From positions 1 to 27,320 of the forward strand of contig DTUH01000213.1 in the NCBI GenBank assembly GCA_012964265.1: 27,320 nucleotides of DNA, in the 5' to 3' direction. The stretch comes from Candidatus Lambdaproteobacteria bacterium (GTDB lineage: Bacteria; SAR324; NAC60-12). Each line of letters begins with the position of its first letter. Position 1 is the first letter of the stretch. Under the pieces are notes generated by a model that worked only from the letters and a program-made list of their open reading frames with translations, was not told the DNA's origin and did not search any database. Position numbers and translations under genes: made by a program. This document shows positions 1 through 8,843 of the stretch, piece after piece.

Positions 1-96
1 CGTGACGACTACCGCCGCATTTTTATTCCCAATTCCACACTCGCGGATCCCATCATTGAAGGACTGGTCAAGGCGGGCTGGAATCCGGAGGAGTGA
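1..96 (+). CDS. 3' end of a CDS running in from outside the window (RDDYRRIFIPNSTLADPIIEGLVKAGWNPEE*); function unknown
   Basis: Frame 1 is open from base 1 to TGA at 94-96. The sequence is protein-like but too short to assign. Confidence 0.45.
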   Translation, partial: RDDYRRIFIPNSTLADPIIEGLVKAGWNPEE

Positions 97-284
97 ACAC
101 CAATCAGGCGCTATTGATGGTGGACACCTGTTGTTCCGGCAATGTCACTGGAACTGTGGCTCCTAGCTCTAATCACTTCTCACTGTAGTTTTGGGCTCCG
201 GGAAACAGTGCAGCGAGATCCGGATTGTTCGTCTCTGATGCGTCAGGCAACGCTTGAAATCGGAAATGCAAGACACTTCTTGAC

Positions 285-674
285 TTAATTTATGAGCAAT
301 AATCCAGGAACAGATTCAAAATGTTTGTCGGCTGTAGCAATTGCGATTCCATTTTCCTTGGCCACAGCTGCTATCCACATGTCATTCGTTGGAATTGGTT
401 TCCCGGCTTTTTTCAGGTCAAGAAAAATCTGGCTGTAATGGCTCGCAGTTTTTTCCGTGACGTCCACCACTTTAACCCGCGGTGAATCCAGAAATTCATT
501 GAACAGTTTCAAATTTTGCTCAACCTTGGTTCCAAACCTGAAACCTGAAAGCAGTTCACCGATCACAATTGAACAAACGAGTATACTTTCCGCTTTCATT
601 AATACTTCTGTCGCATAGTCGTTATTTTTCATGGCCAAACTGTAAATATTTGTGTCAATAACTACGGCGTTCAT
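285..674 (-). CDS. vapC: VapC-family PIN-domain toxin (ribonuclease)
   Basis: PIN acidic motifs VVIDTNI, IGEL, PTNDMWIAA and TADKHF. ATG at 674 overlaps the antitoxin stop as ATGA; the ORF-track GTG at 680 is an alternative start. Confidence 0.92.
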   Translation of the reverse strand: MNAVVIDTNIYSLAMKNNDYATEVLMKAESILVCSIVIGELLSGFRFGTKVEQNLKLFNEFLDSPRVKVVDVTEKTASHYSQIFLDLKKAGKPIPTNDMWIAAVAKENGIAIATADKHFESVPGLLLIN

Positions 675-931
675 TTCCACAATTCAGCGTCTATGGATTG
701 AAAATTCTTTTGCGTTTTCTCAAATGCTTCATATTCGTCTTCTGTCCACTTCCCGAAAAGAAAGTTTAAATCAGAGTATTGCCTGGTGTGAATCTTGTTT
801 TTTTCCAGTCCAAGACTTTTCCGCAGAGAATTCAGGATCAATTGATTCACGCTGAGTGATTCACTTTTTGCGGTGCCTTTCAGTTTATTTTCAAGGTCTT
901 TATCAACGCCCCTGATAGTTATTGCTTTCAT
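671..931 (-). CDS. vapB: Ribbon-helix-helix (FitA/VapB-like) antitoxin
   Basis: MKAITIRGVDKDLENKLKGTAKSESLSVNQLI fits the RHH beta-alpha-alpha pattern. GGAG RBS lies upstream of ATG 931, directly upstream of and coupled to the PIN toxin. Confidence 0.85.
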   Translation of the reverse strand: MKAITIRGVDKDLENKLKGTAKSESLSVNQLILNSLRKSLGLEKNKIHTRQYSDLNFLFGKWTEDEYEAFEKTQKNFQSIDAELWK

Positions 932-943
932 TTTTTCTCCATT

Positions 944-1000
944 TGATATCATATTTAGCATCTTTATGACATCATAATATATAACCGTTCAATTTGTCAA
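944..1000 (-). promoter_or_regulatory. sigma70-like vapBC promoter with two palindromic operator candidates
   Basis: Minus strand TTGACA (1000-995), N18, TATGAT (976-971). TGATATCA at 944-951 is a perfect palindrome. TGACATCA at 967-974 overlaps the -10. Confidence 0.6.
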
Positions 1001-1107
1001 ACAATTCTTTCATAATAATCTCATTTCCCGACAGGACAGAGACATAAGTTGTTAACTTTCCCTTTAGCAGAGTGGACACAATCAATCGACAGTCACGAGT
1101 TTTATCG

Positions 1108-1184
1108 TGTCATTCCGAATGAATGTGTGGGATCTTATGAGATATCGTCACTTTTTCAGATCTCTCCCTTCGGCCGAGATGACA
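1108..1184. repeat. CGTC/TGTC-type REP-like palindromic element (inverted dimer)
   Basis: Left arm TGTCATTCCGAATGAATGTGTGGGATCT (1108-1135) and right arm AGATCTCTCCCTTCGGCCGAGATGACA (1158-1184) form an imperfect inverted repeat with TGTCAT...ATGACA ends, as in this REP class. Confidence 0.65.
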
Positions 1185-1252
1185 TGCCGCAAACTATAAT
1201 ATCAGTATCTTAGGGGAATTCGTGACTCACTAGTTATTAAAAGCATCAACTA

Positions 1253-2227
1253 TTAATAAACTCCTGCACGCAAAATGTAGTAAATCTGGACGATGCCGAT
1301 GGGACGATTTTCCGGATCCGCGACAACAAGACAAGTGATGGAGTGTGTTTCCATGACATGCAGTGCTTTCGCGGCAAGTTCTTCCGGAGCAATTGTTTTT
1401 GGATCTGTGTGGGCAAATTTAAGCAAAGGTTTGTCAAGAAAAGACTGTTCGTCTTCAAGCAGCCGCATTAAATCTCCGGTGGTAAATACACCACTGATTT
1501 TTTCATTCTGATCGACTGCGACTACTATTCCGAGGTTTTTCCTGGAAAGAATATTCATTGCTTCCCGCATTAACATATTTTCGGGCACTACAGGCAATGT
1601 ATCACCTGCCACCATAACATCCTTTATTCTGATTGTCAGTTTGCGTCCCAAACTACCCCCAGGATGAAACGTGGCAAAATCGTCCTCACGAAATTGCCGC
1701 TGCTCAAGCAAACACATTGCCAGAGCGTCTCCAAGAGCCAGTGTGGCGGTACTGCTTGCGGTGGGAGTCAGCCCCAGCGGACATGCTTCTTTTTCAACAG
1801 CAACACTCAAATGAACTGTGGCTGCCTGTGCCAGAGTCGAATCCGGTTGGCCGGTCATTGCAATCAGCGGGACACCAATCGCATGAATATGACCGATCAT
1901 CTGCACAACTTCACTGGTTTCTCCGCTGTATGAGAATGCAATTACAACATCCTGTCTGGTGATGATTCCCAAATCGCCGTGAGAGCTTTCTCCCGCATGT
2001 AAAAAAAGCGAGGGGGTTCCGGTACTGGTAAGAGTGGCGGCAATTTTTTGAGCAATCAATCCGCTTTTGCCCATTCCGGCCAGGATTACTTTTCCCTGAC
2101 AGGCAAAAAGCAAATTAACTGCTTCCTCAAATTCTGGGCCCAGACGTGCGATCAGTCCATCGAGTCCTGCAATTTCAATTTTTAGCGTATCACGTGCACG
2201 CTTCAACAAAGGTGACATTTTTGTCAT
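1253..2227 (-). CDS. kdsD: Arabinose-5-phosphate isomerase, KpsF/GutQ family (SIS plus two CBS domains)
   Basis: GMGKSG, IAATLTSTGTP, HGDLG, EACPLGLTPTASST and FHPGGSLG motifs; C-terminal CBS pair. Confidence 0.93.
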   Translation of the reverse strand: MTKMSPLLKRARDTLKIEIAGLDGLIARLGPEFEEAVNLLFACQGKVILAGMGKSGLIAQKIAATLTSTGTPSLFLHAGESSHGDLGIITRQDVVIAFSYSGETSEVVQMIGHIHAIGVPLIAMTGQPDSTLAQAATVHLSVAVEKEACPLGLTPTASSTATLALGDALAMCLLEQRQFREDDFATFHPGGSLGRKLTIRIKDVMVAGDTLPVVPENMLMREAMNILSRKNLGIVVAVDQNEKISGVFTTGDLMRLLEDEQSFLDKPLLKFAHTDPKTIAPEELAAKALHVMETHSITCLVVADPENRPIGIVQIYYILRAGVY

Positions 2228-3354
2228 CCGTATAAAATCCCCTGTTTGGTAAAATGCCGCATTGTTGCGGAGTCCCGCAAATCGCCTGCTTTGAGAATAA
2301 CGGCATCTGTGTTGTGGTTTCCTTTTTTACTCGATAGAGACCCGCCAACTGCTAAACGATAAGGAGGAATTACAGGTAATAAAAATGTTTTATCGCCTAC
2401 CTCACATTTCAAAGGCGGAACAAAATCTCCTGTGTCTTCATCATAAACTTTCTTTCCGGAAGCCATGATAACTCCGCTCGCAATGACAGAGCCTTCACCT
2501 ATGATTCCAGTTACTTCACACATCGCACCTATTTTGACGTGATCCTCAACAATCGATGCCAGGCGTCCAGCAGGCTCCAAAACTCCTTCAATTCCGGAAC
2601 CTGCTCCAAACTTTACGTTTTTACCGATTTGAGCACATGACGCAACACGGGCTCCTCCGTCTATCATACAGCCTTCTCCGGCAATATAAGCTCCAATGTT
2701 GATAAAGGCCAGGTTCATGATTACGGTTTTTGGACCAATGTAGGCTCCGGTCCGCACAATGCAGCCCGGTGCATAACGAACTCCGCCGTTCACAAAATCA
2801 TCTTCAGTATAATTCGCCGTTTTCAGCGGAATTTTGTCCCAGTATTTTCCTTCCATCCTTTCGTTGGCGTGTGTGCCAAAATAATTTAAAACACCGTCAA
2901 TCGTATATGGTTGTGGTTCCCAAATTCCGTTGACTTTTTCTGCCGCCCTGACCTTTCCCTGACTTAACAACTCGATAAAAACCTCACATTCTGCGGCAGA
3001 TGCTTTTTGTCCGGAAAGATTTGTCAGCAAATCCCTGCATGTGCTTTCCACAATTTCAATCCGCAGAGACTCTCTTTTTTTAAGGCCCAGCAGCAACTCC
3101 AGTTTCTGATGTTTTCCCGGATTTTTACGGGCGTCTTCTACATGTTCTCCAAAAAGCTTCAGCCCTTCTTTTGCTGCATCCAGGCTGATTTTGCCTTTTG
3201 CGTCTGCAATATGCTGGAAAACCTGAATCGAACCCTGCCGTCCCGAAATATTTGGGATGATGGAAACCAGTTCGTCACGTTCATTGTAAAGACGCAGCAG
3301 CACCGTTTTTTCTGTAGTGGGAATTGATTTCAGATTTTCTGAAAATAGTTTCAT
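2224..3354 (-). CDS. dapD: Tetrahydrodipicolinate N-succinyltransferase (DapD) with an N-terminal DUF2322-like domain
   Basis: C-terminal ~270 aa carry GKVRAAE, WDKIPLK, NIGAY, SCAQIGKNV and GVLEP with hexapeptide repeats. The N-terminal ~100 aa (F.ENL...IPN..G.QGS...A..GL.LF.EH..DAR.NPGKH) resemble DUF2322. Confidence 0.85.
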   Translation of the reverse strand: MKLFSENLKSIPTTEKTVLLRLYNERDELVSIIPNISGRQGSIQVFQHIADAKGKISLDAAKEGLKLFGEHVEDARKNPGKHQKLELLLGLKKRESLRIEIVESTCRDLLTNLSGQKASAAECEVFIELLSQGKVRAAEKVNGIWEPQPYTIDGVLNYFGTHANERMEGKYWDKIPLKTANYTEDDFVNGGVRYAPGCIVRTGAYIGPKTVIMNLAFINIGAYIAGEGCMIDGGARVASCAQIGKNVKFGAGSGIEGVLEPAGRLASIVEDHVKIGAMCEVTGIIGEGSVIASGVIMASGKKVYDEDTGDFVPPLKCEVGDKTFLLPVIPPYRLAVGGSLSSKKGNHNTDAVILKAGDLRDSATMRHFTKQGILYG

Positions 3355-3407
3355 AGGCTTCCTTTCATTTTAAGTATCAGCATCATTGTAGAAGAGAGTG
3401 TTTACAG

Positions 3408-4778
3408 TTAAACATGTTTCAGCGGAGGTTTTCCCAGCGGAAAAATATTAAAGCCGATTTCAAATAATTTTTTGTGATCAAGATGATTTCGTCCGTCAAA
3501 AATAAAAGCAGGTTTGGCCATTTTGTTAAAAATCCTCTCGAAATCCAGCTCGCGGTATTCCGTCCACTGGGTGACAAGGGCAAGTGAATGTGCGCCTTCT
3601 GCAGCTTCGTAAACATCTTCGAAAAATTTCACATCGCCTTGCATTTCCTTCAGATCAATCCTGGCATTTTCCAAAGCTTTTGGATCATGCACCCTGACTT
3701 TTGCGTGTTCACCCAATAATTTTTCACAGAGCGGAATTGCGGGTGAATCCCGTGTATCTCCAGTATCCTGCTTAAAGGCAAAACCAAGCAGTGTAATTGT
3801 TTTTCCGGCCAAAGTATTGAATTGTTCATGGAGTATATTTTGAAAAAACCGGTCGGTTTGCCAGTCGTTGATGCGTACAACACTGTCCCAGTAATCTGCA
3901 ACTTCCGGCAGACCGTAAAATTCGCAAAGATACGATAAATGCAGTATATCTTTGCGGAAACACGAACCTCCAAAACCGATGCTGGCCTCCAGGAATTTTG
4001 AGCCGATTCGCGTGTCCATTCCAATTGCTTTGGAAACTTCCGCAATATCTGCTTCAGTACGTTCACAAAGAGCTGAAATACTATTGATTGAAGAAATACG
4101 CTGTGCGAGCATAGCGTTGGCCACCAGTTTTGACAACTCACTGCTCCAGACATTGGTCAGCAGTATGCGTTCCCGTGGAACCCAGTGGGCGTATAATTCT
4201 GCCACCGTCTCTGCTGCTTTGTGTCCATTTTCATTTTCTTGGCCTCCAATCAAAACACGATCCGGAGTTGTTAAATCCTCAATTGCGGTTCCCTCTGCCA
4301 AAAATTCAGGATTTGAAACCACTGAAAATTGGGTCGAACTTTTTCCGGATTCAAGAATATGCGCCATCGCTTCTGCGGTACGCACCGGCAGTGTGCTTTT
4401 TTCGACAACAATAACTTTTGGCTTGCGGCAATTCTCTAAAATGTCACGTGCGGTTTTTTCCCAGAATTGCAAATCCGCTGCTTTTCCGGCACCTTCTCCA
4501 AACATTTTGGTGGGAGTGTTGACTGAAACGAAAATAATGTCTGCATCCGTGGTTGCTTCAGCAACATCGGTATGAAAAAACAAATTCCTTCCGCGTGCCT
4601 CCTGAACAACTTCGAGCAATCCCGGTTCATAAATCGGCAACTCGTCACTGTTCCAGCGGTCAATCCGCTCCTGGTTTATATCAACAACGGTTATTTTGTG
4701 TTCGGGACAATTTTTGGCGATCATCGCCATCGTCGGTCCTCCAACATAACCTGCACCGATACATAGAATATTACTCAT
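3408..4778 (-). CDS. ugd: UDP-glucose 6-dehydrogenase
   Basis: CIGAGYVGGP NAD-binding motif, VEKST, SNPEFLAEG, catalytic GFGGSCF and GFAFKQDTGDTRDSP. Confidence 0.95.
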   Translation of the reverse strand: MSNILCIGAGYVGGPTMAMIAKNCPEHKITVVDINQERIDRWNSDELPIYEPGLLEVVQEARGRNLFFHTDVAEATTDADIIFVSVNTPTKMFGEGAGKAADLQFWEKTARDILENCRKPKVIVVEKSTLPVRTAEAMAHILESGKSSTQFSVVSNPEFLAEGTAIEDLTTPDRVLIGGQENENGHKAAETVAELYAHWVPRERILLTNVWSSELSKLVANAMLAQRISSINSISALCERTEADIAEVSKAIGMDTRIGSKFLEASIGFGGSCFRKDILHLSYLCEFYGLPEVADYWDSVVRINDWQTDRFFQNILHEQFNTLAGKTITLLGFAFKQDTGDTRDSPAIPLCEKLLGEHAKVRVHDPKALENARIDLKEMQGDVKFFEDVYEAAEGAHSLALVTQWTEYRELDFERIFNKMAKPAFIFDGRNHLDHKKLFEIGFNIFPLGKPPLKHV

Positions 4779-4817
4779 TTATTTTGTTTATGTGTAAGTT
4801 AAAAAATTTTGTTCTCT

Positions 4818-6455
4818 TCATTCAGCAAAAAGCGCTGGCGCCAAATCATCCGGAATCGCCTGTCCAAGCAGGACAAAATTAGTCGCGGCAACATGACTCA
4901 AATTATTGTCGTAATCTTCACCAAACGGTTTAAGTTGATACTCGCCGCCATACAAAGGATCGTAAATTAAAAACGGTACTGGATTAAGTGAATGCTTTGT
5001 GCTCATTTCCAGTGTTCCGCTTTTATTTGTAATCAGCATTTGGTCAGCATTGCCGTGATCTGCTGTGACGACGAGAAGTCCATTCACTGCTTCGATGGCA
5101 CGTACAATCTTGCCTAAAGCCGCATCTGCTGCTTCAACTGCATGAACCGCTGCCTGAAAATCACCGGTGTGTCCAACCATATCCGCATTTGCGAAATTTA
5201 TCAAACCGTATTGATATTTTCCGGAACGGATAAATTCCACGGCTTTATTACTGATTTCTCCCGCTTTCATTCCTGGCTGCTCTGCAAAAGAAGGAATTTT
5301 ATCTGAGGCAATCAAATGATAATTTTCCATCGACGCATCCAGCGGTTCACGATAACCTCCATTATAGAAAAAAGTAACGTGGGCGAATTTTTGTGTTTCT
5401 GTCAGTCGGAACTGCTTGAGGCCAATTTCCAGAATACGCTTGCCGAAAGGATCATCCACTTCCGGAGTTCCCGCTAGAAAATCCGGAGGAATTTCATTAT
5501 CCTGATCGTACTGTGTCATTCCTGCAAACAGTATTTGAGGACGAGCACGTTCAAAATGCGGAAAATCTTTTGCCAGCATCGCCTCCGAAAATTCGCTTGC
5601 ACGATCGCCGCGAAAGTTTGTAAAAATGAGCGCGTGCTGATTTTCGATTTTCCCGACAGCCTCTCCGTTACGGACAAGGACAAATCCCGGAATATCCTGA
5701 TCTATGATCTCAGGATTGAGTTTCCGAAAATGTTCAATAGCACTCCGGATGGAAGGAAAGCGGTTTTCGGATTTTCCATGCACATGAATATTCCAACCAG
5801 CTTCCACTTTTTCCCAATTGTTGTCACGATCCATTGTCACAACTTCACGTCCGCCGCCGCTTGCAAAAGCATAATCGATTTCAGCACGTTGACTCTTTAA
5901 TTCCGAAAACAGCTTTTCAAAAGGTTCCGTAAAATCCAGTGCGGATTGTACTCCAACGTCTCTTCCGTCAAGTAACGCGTGCAGATAACAGCGTCTTAAC
6001 CCTGCCTGAAAAGCATGCCTAATTATTGCTTCCGTGTGATCAACGTGGCTGTGGATATTCCCGTTTGAAAGCAGTCCCAGCAGATGGAGCGGTGTATCAT
6101 GCGTCACACAGTTTTGGATATGCCGACTTAAAACCGGATTTTCAAAAAACTCTCCGGATTGAATTAGTTTCTGAATCAGCGTTGGCCCCTGCTCCTTGAT
6201 CATTCCTGCACCCATCGTCATGTGCCCAACTTCTGATCCGCCCAAATCCATATCGTTTGGCAAGCCGACATGAAGTCCGTGTGTCCAAAGCTGGGTGTAT
6301 GGATAGTCATTTGTCAAGCGGCTCATCACAGGTGGTTTTGCCTGATAGATGGCGTTTGTCTCATCGGGTTCACCAATGCCCCAACCGTCCAAAACCACAT
6401 GAATCAACGGGCCTCGTCCAGAAAAATGCTGTTGGAGGTTTTTTAGAGTAAGCAT
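4818..6455 (-). CDS. gpmI: 2,3-bisphosphoglycerate-independent phosphoglycerate mutase
   Basis: VLDGWG, catalytic SEVGH, DGRD, NFRGDR, TETQKFAHVTFF, NFANADMVGHTG and TADHGN. Start is placed at ATG 6455 because the ORF-track start at 6563 overlaps the upstream gene. Confidence 0.95.
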   Translation of the reverse strand: MLTLKNLQQHFSGRGPLIHVVLDGWGIGEPDETNAIYQAKPPVMSRLTNDYPYTQLWTHGLHVGLPNDMDLGGSEVGHMTMGAGMIKEQGPTLIQKLIQSGEFFENPVLSRHIQNCVTHDTPLHLLGLLSNGNIHSHVDHTEAIIRHAFQAGLRRCYLHALLDGRDVGVQSALDFTEPFEKLFSELKSQRAEIDYAFASGGGREVVTMDRDNNWEKVEAGWNIHVHGKSENRFPSIRSAIEHFRKLNPEIIDQDIPGFVLVRNGEAVGKIENQHALIFTNFRGDRASEFSEAMLAKDFPHFERARPQILFAGMTQYDQDNEIPPDFLAGTPEVDDPFGKRILEIGLKQFRLTETQKFAHVTFFYNGGYREPLDASMENYHLIASDKIPSFAEQPGMKAGEISNKAVEFIRSGKYQYGLINFANADMVGHTGDFQAAVHAVEAADAALGKIVRAIEAVNGLLVVTADHGNADQMLITNKSGTLEMSTKHSLNPVPFLIYDPLYGGEYQLKPFGEDYDNNLSHVAATNFVLLGQAIPDDLAPALFAE

Positions 6456-6474
6456 TTGATTTTGGTGAGTTTTC

Positions 6475-7224
6475 TTATTCAATCCGCAGAACACATTTTT
6501 CTGGTAAACGTTCGTAAAGAAAATCGAAGGCTTTTTCCAAATAAGTGGAATCTCGACATTCAAGAGTCAACTTTACGTCATAGTCAGATCCAGATACTTT
6601 GGGATATGAACCCAGCATCAGTTCCGGAAATGCTTCCTGGGTTGCATCGAGTGACTCCGCGATTACACCTTCATCAGCCTTGAGATATATTTGTTTCAAA
6701 ACAATCGGAGTTGTCCGGAAGCGTTCCTTGATGGCTGAAAAACGGATTTTCAAAAATTCCGGAATTCCCGGAAATACAAATATATTGCGAAACTGCAGTT
6801 GTGGACCCCGACCTTCGGCATATTCAATCAGTTCCGAACCTTCCGGAATCATCGCCATTCTGCGGTGTGCGGATGTCATTTTATCGCCGTGATAATTACG
6901 GATGACTTTCATGATCAGAGGTGATTCAAAAAGTTCTATCCCAAAACCATTGGCGATGGAGGCAACTGTAATATCATCATGAGTTGGACCGATACCACCA
7001 CTGGTAAAAACCCAGGTGAAGCGTTCCGAAAAATCCACCACAGTCCGACCGATGATTTCCGGAATGTCCGGAATTGTGATAATTTGCTTGACCTCCACAC
7101 CGAGAGGTCTCAATTCCTGACACAAATAAGGTGAATTTATATCCGTCACCTTTCCGGATAAAATTTCGTTTCCGATGATTATTATGCCTGCGGTTTTCAA
7201 TTCCTTACTCCAACTGTATTTCAA
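6475..7224 (-). CDS. CinA-like molybdopterin-binding (MoCF) domain protein without a PncC domain
   Basis: IIIGNEILSG, FTSGGIGPTHDDIT and PGIPEF motifs. The C-terminal LGSYP domain is typical of COG1058-type proteins. TTG start is uncertain. Confidence 0.8.
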   Translation of the reverse strand: MKYSWSKELKTAGIIIIGNEILSGKVTDINSPYLCQELRPLGVEVKQIITIPDIPEIIGRTVVDFSERFTWVFTSGGIGPTHDDITVASIANGFGIELFESPLIMKVIRNYHGDKMTSAHRRMAMIPEGSELIEYAEGRGPQLQFRNIFVFPGIPEFLKIRFSAIKERFRTTPIVLKQIYLKADEGVIAESLDATQEAFPELMLGSYPKVSGSDYDVKLTLECRDSTYLEKAFDFLYERLPEKCVLRIE

Positions 7225-7291
7225 AAAGAATGGCGGACATCAGGCCCGTAGTCTTGGTGGATAAAAAAGTCCATACTACTAATTTTCACAG

Positions 7292-8689
7292 TTATTGAGT
7301 GCGTTTGATGATGTGGTAGCCAAACTGAGTTTCGACTACTCCGCTCACCGCACCCAGTTCCAGGTTGAAAACGACCTGATCAAATTCCGGAACCATTTGT
7401 CCACGTGTGAAACGACCTAAATCACCACCTTTTGGTCCGGAAGGTCCGTCGGAATGTTGATGTGCCAATTCAGCAAAATCAATTCCGTTTTTAAGGTCCT
7501 TCAATATTTTTTCTGCCAATTTTTTGGCTTCTTTCCGGTTGCGTTTTTTGGTGGCACGCAGAGCGCCTTCGAAGGTTATTAGGATGTGACTCGCAGTTAC
7601 CGCTTCTGAAGCAACACGTCGGAAAATCAAATATCCAAAGGCAGAATCGACAGGATCACTTATTTGTCCCACTTTTAATTTAAAAGCAGGTTTCAGGAAA
7701 TCCGACAAATTCGGCTGTTTTGAGGATAAAAGCGGCAACTTGGTTTGTTGTGGTAAATCCGAAAACCGGTTGATTAAATCAGCAAAAACAACCCCTTTTC
7801 GCCGAGCTAAATCTGTCAGTTTTTCTGCAACTTTTTTTGCACCGGGCTTATCGTAGTATATATTTTGTTTAGCTGTCCGGGCTCCTTTGTAAGTCACTAC
7901 CAGCATTTCAACACTCACTTCATCTGCATCTGTCTGTCCTGAATTTAGAATTTTTGCCGGATCTAGTTTTGCAGTTGTTGCGGGAATTACTTTTTTGTTT
8001 TTTTCAGCAAGTTCTTTGTTACGTTCTGCAATCAGTTTTTCTGCAGTTTCCGGATCAAACGATTTGGCAGATTCACCTTTACGGATGATTGTCACGGTCT
8101 GAATCAAATCCCCTTTTTCAATGGCATTGACCACATTCATCCCTTCAACAACTTCACCAAAAACCGAATGTTTATTGTCAAGATGCGGTGTTGGGACATG
8201 TGTAATAAAAAACTGACTGCCGTTTGTGTTTGCGCCGGCGTTGGCCATGGAAAGAATTCCGGGTTTGTTGTGTTTTAGCTCCGGATGAAATTCGTCCGTA
8301 AACGTATAACCGGGCCCACCCGAACCTGTTCCGAGAGGATCTCCACCTTGAATCATAAAATCCTTGATCACCCGGTGGAAACTCAAACCGTCGAAATATC
8401 GTGCCTTTTTGGTTTTGCCGCTTACAGGATCTTTCCACTCTTTTGTTCCTTCAGAAAGTCCGACAAAATTGGACACGGTCACCGGCACACGTAGGTAAAA
8501 AAGCCGCAGCATAATTTCACCTTTTGAGGTTTTCATTTGTGCGTACAATCCATCCGTAAGCGTTCCTGCCCAAACTGTTCCTGAAATTAGAAATGATGTA
8601 AAAAGAAAAAACAGCAACTTTGAGATTTTATTGGAAAAACAAGTTTTACCTGAATGTAAATAACTCATGAAAATTCTGATCAGGGTCAT
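7292..8689 (-). CDS. Exported peptidyl-prolyl isomerase: cyclophilin domain plus two parvulin domains
   Basis: Signal-peptide-like N-terminus. Cyclophilin motifs [32 protein letters not shown] and LDNKHSVFG. Parvulin motifs [19 protein letters not shown] and ETQFGYHII, plus a degenerate first parvulin ending DSAFGYLIF. Start may be ATG 8668. Confidence 0.9.
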   Translation of the reverse strand: MTLIRIFMSYLHSGKTCFSNKISKLLFFLFTSFLISGTVWAGTLTDGLYAQMKTSKGEIMLRLFYLRVPVTVSNFVGLSEGTKEWKDPVSGKTKKARYFDGLSFHRVIKDFMIQGGDPLGTGSGGPGYTFTDEFHPELKHNKPGILSMANAGANTNGSQFFITHVPTPHLDNKHSVFGEVVEGMNVVNAIEKGDLIQTVTIIRKGESAKSFDPETAEKLIAERNKELAEKNKKVIPATTAKLDPAKILNSGQTDADEVSVEMLVVTYKGARTAKQNIYYDKPGAKKVAEKLTDLARRKGVVFADLINRFSDLPQQTKLPLLSSKQPNLSDFLKPAFKLKVGQISDPVDSAFGYLIFRRVASEAVTASHILITFEGALRATKKRNRKEAKKLAEKILKDLKNGIDFAELAHQHSDGPSGPKGGDLGRFTRGQMVPEFDQVVFNLELGAVSGVVETQFGYHIIKRTQ

Positions 8690-8843
8690 GCTAAAAAAAT
8701 TTTGAAACTATGATTTAAAACAATTAAATGATAAAAAGTTATCATTTGAGGCTAGCTTTTTGTGTTGATGCTCTCAAGTTATTTGTGAAATCAACTCTAT
8801 GCATCTTTCGATTGTCGCGCTTGAAATCCACCAATTTTTAAAA

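Noticed and set aside
142-288. 48-codon plus-strand ORF (MSLELWLL...)
   Set aside because: No RBS or recognisable motif; below a credible threshold without comparative evidence.
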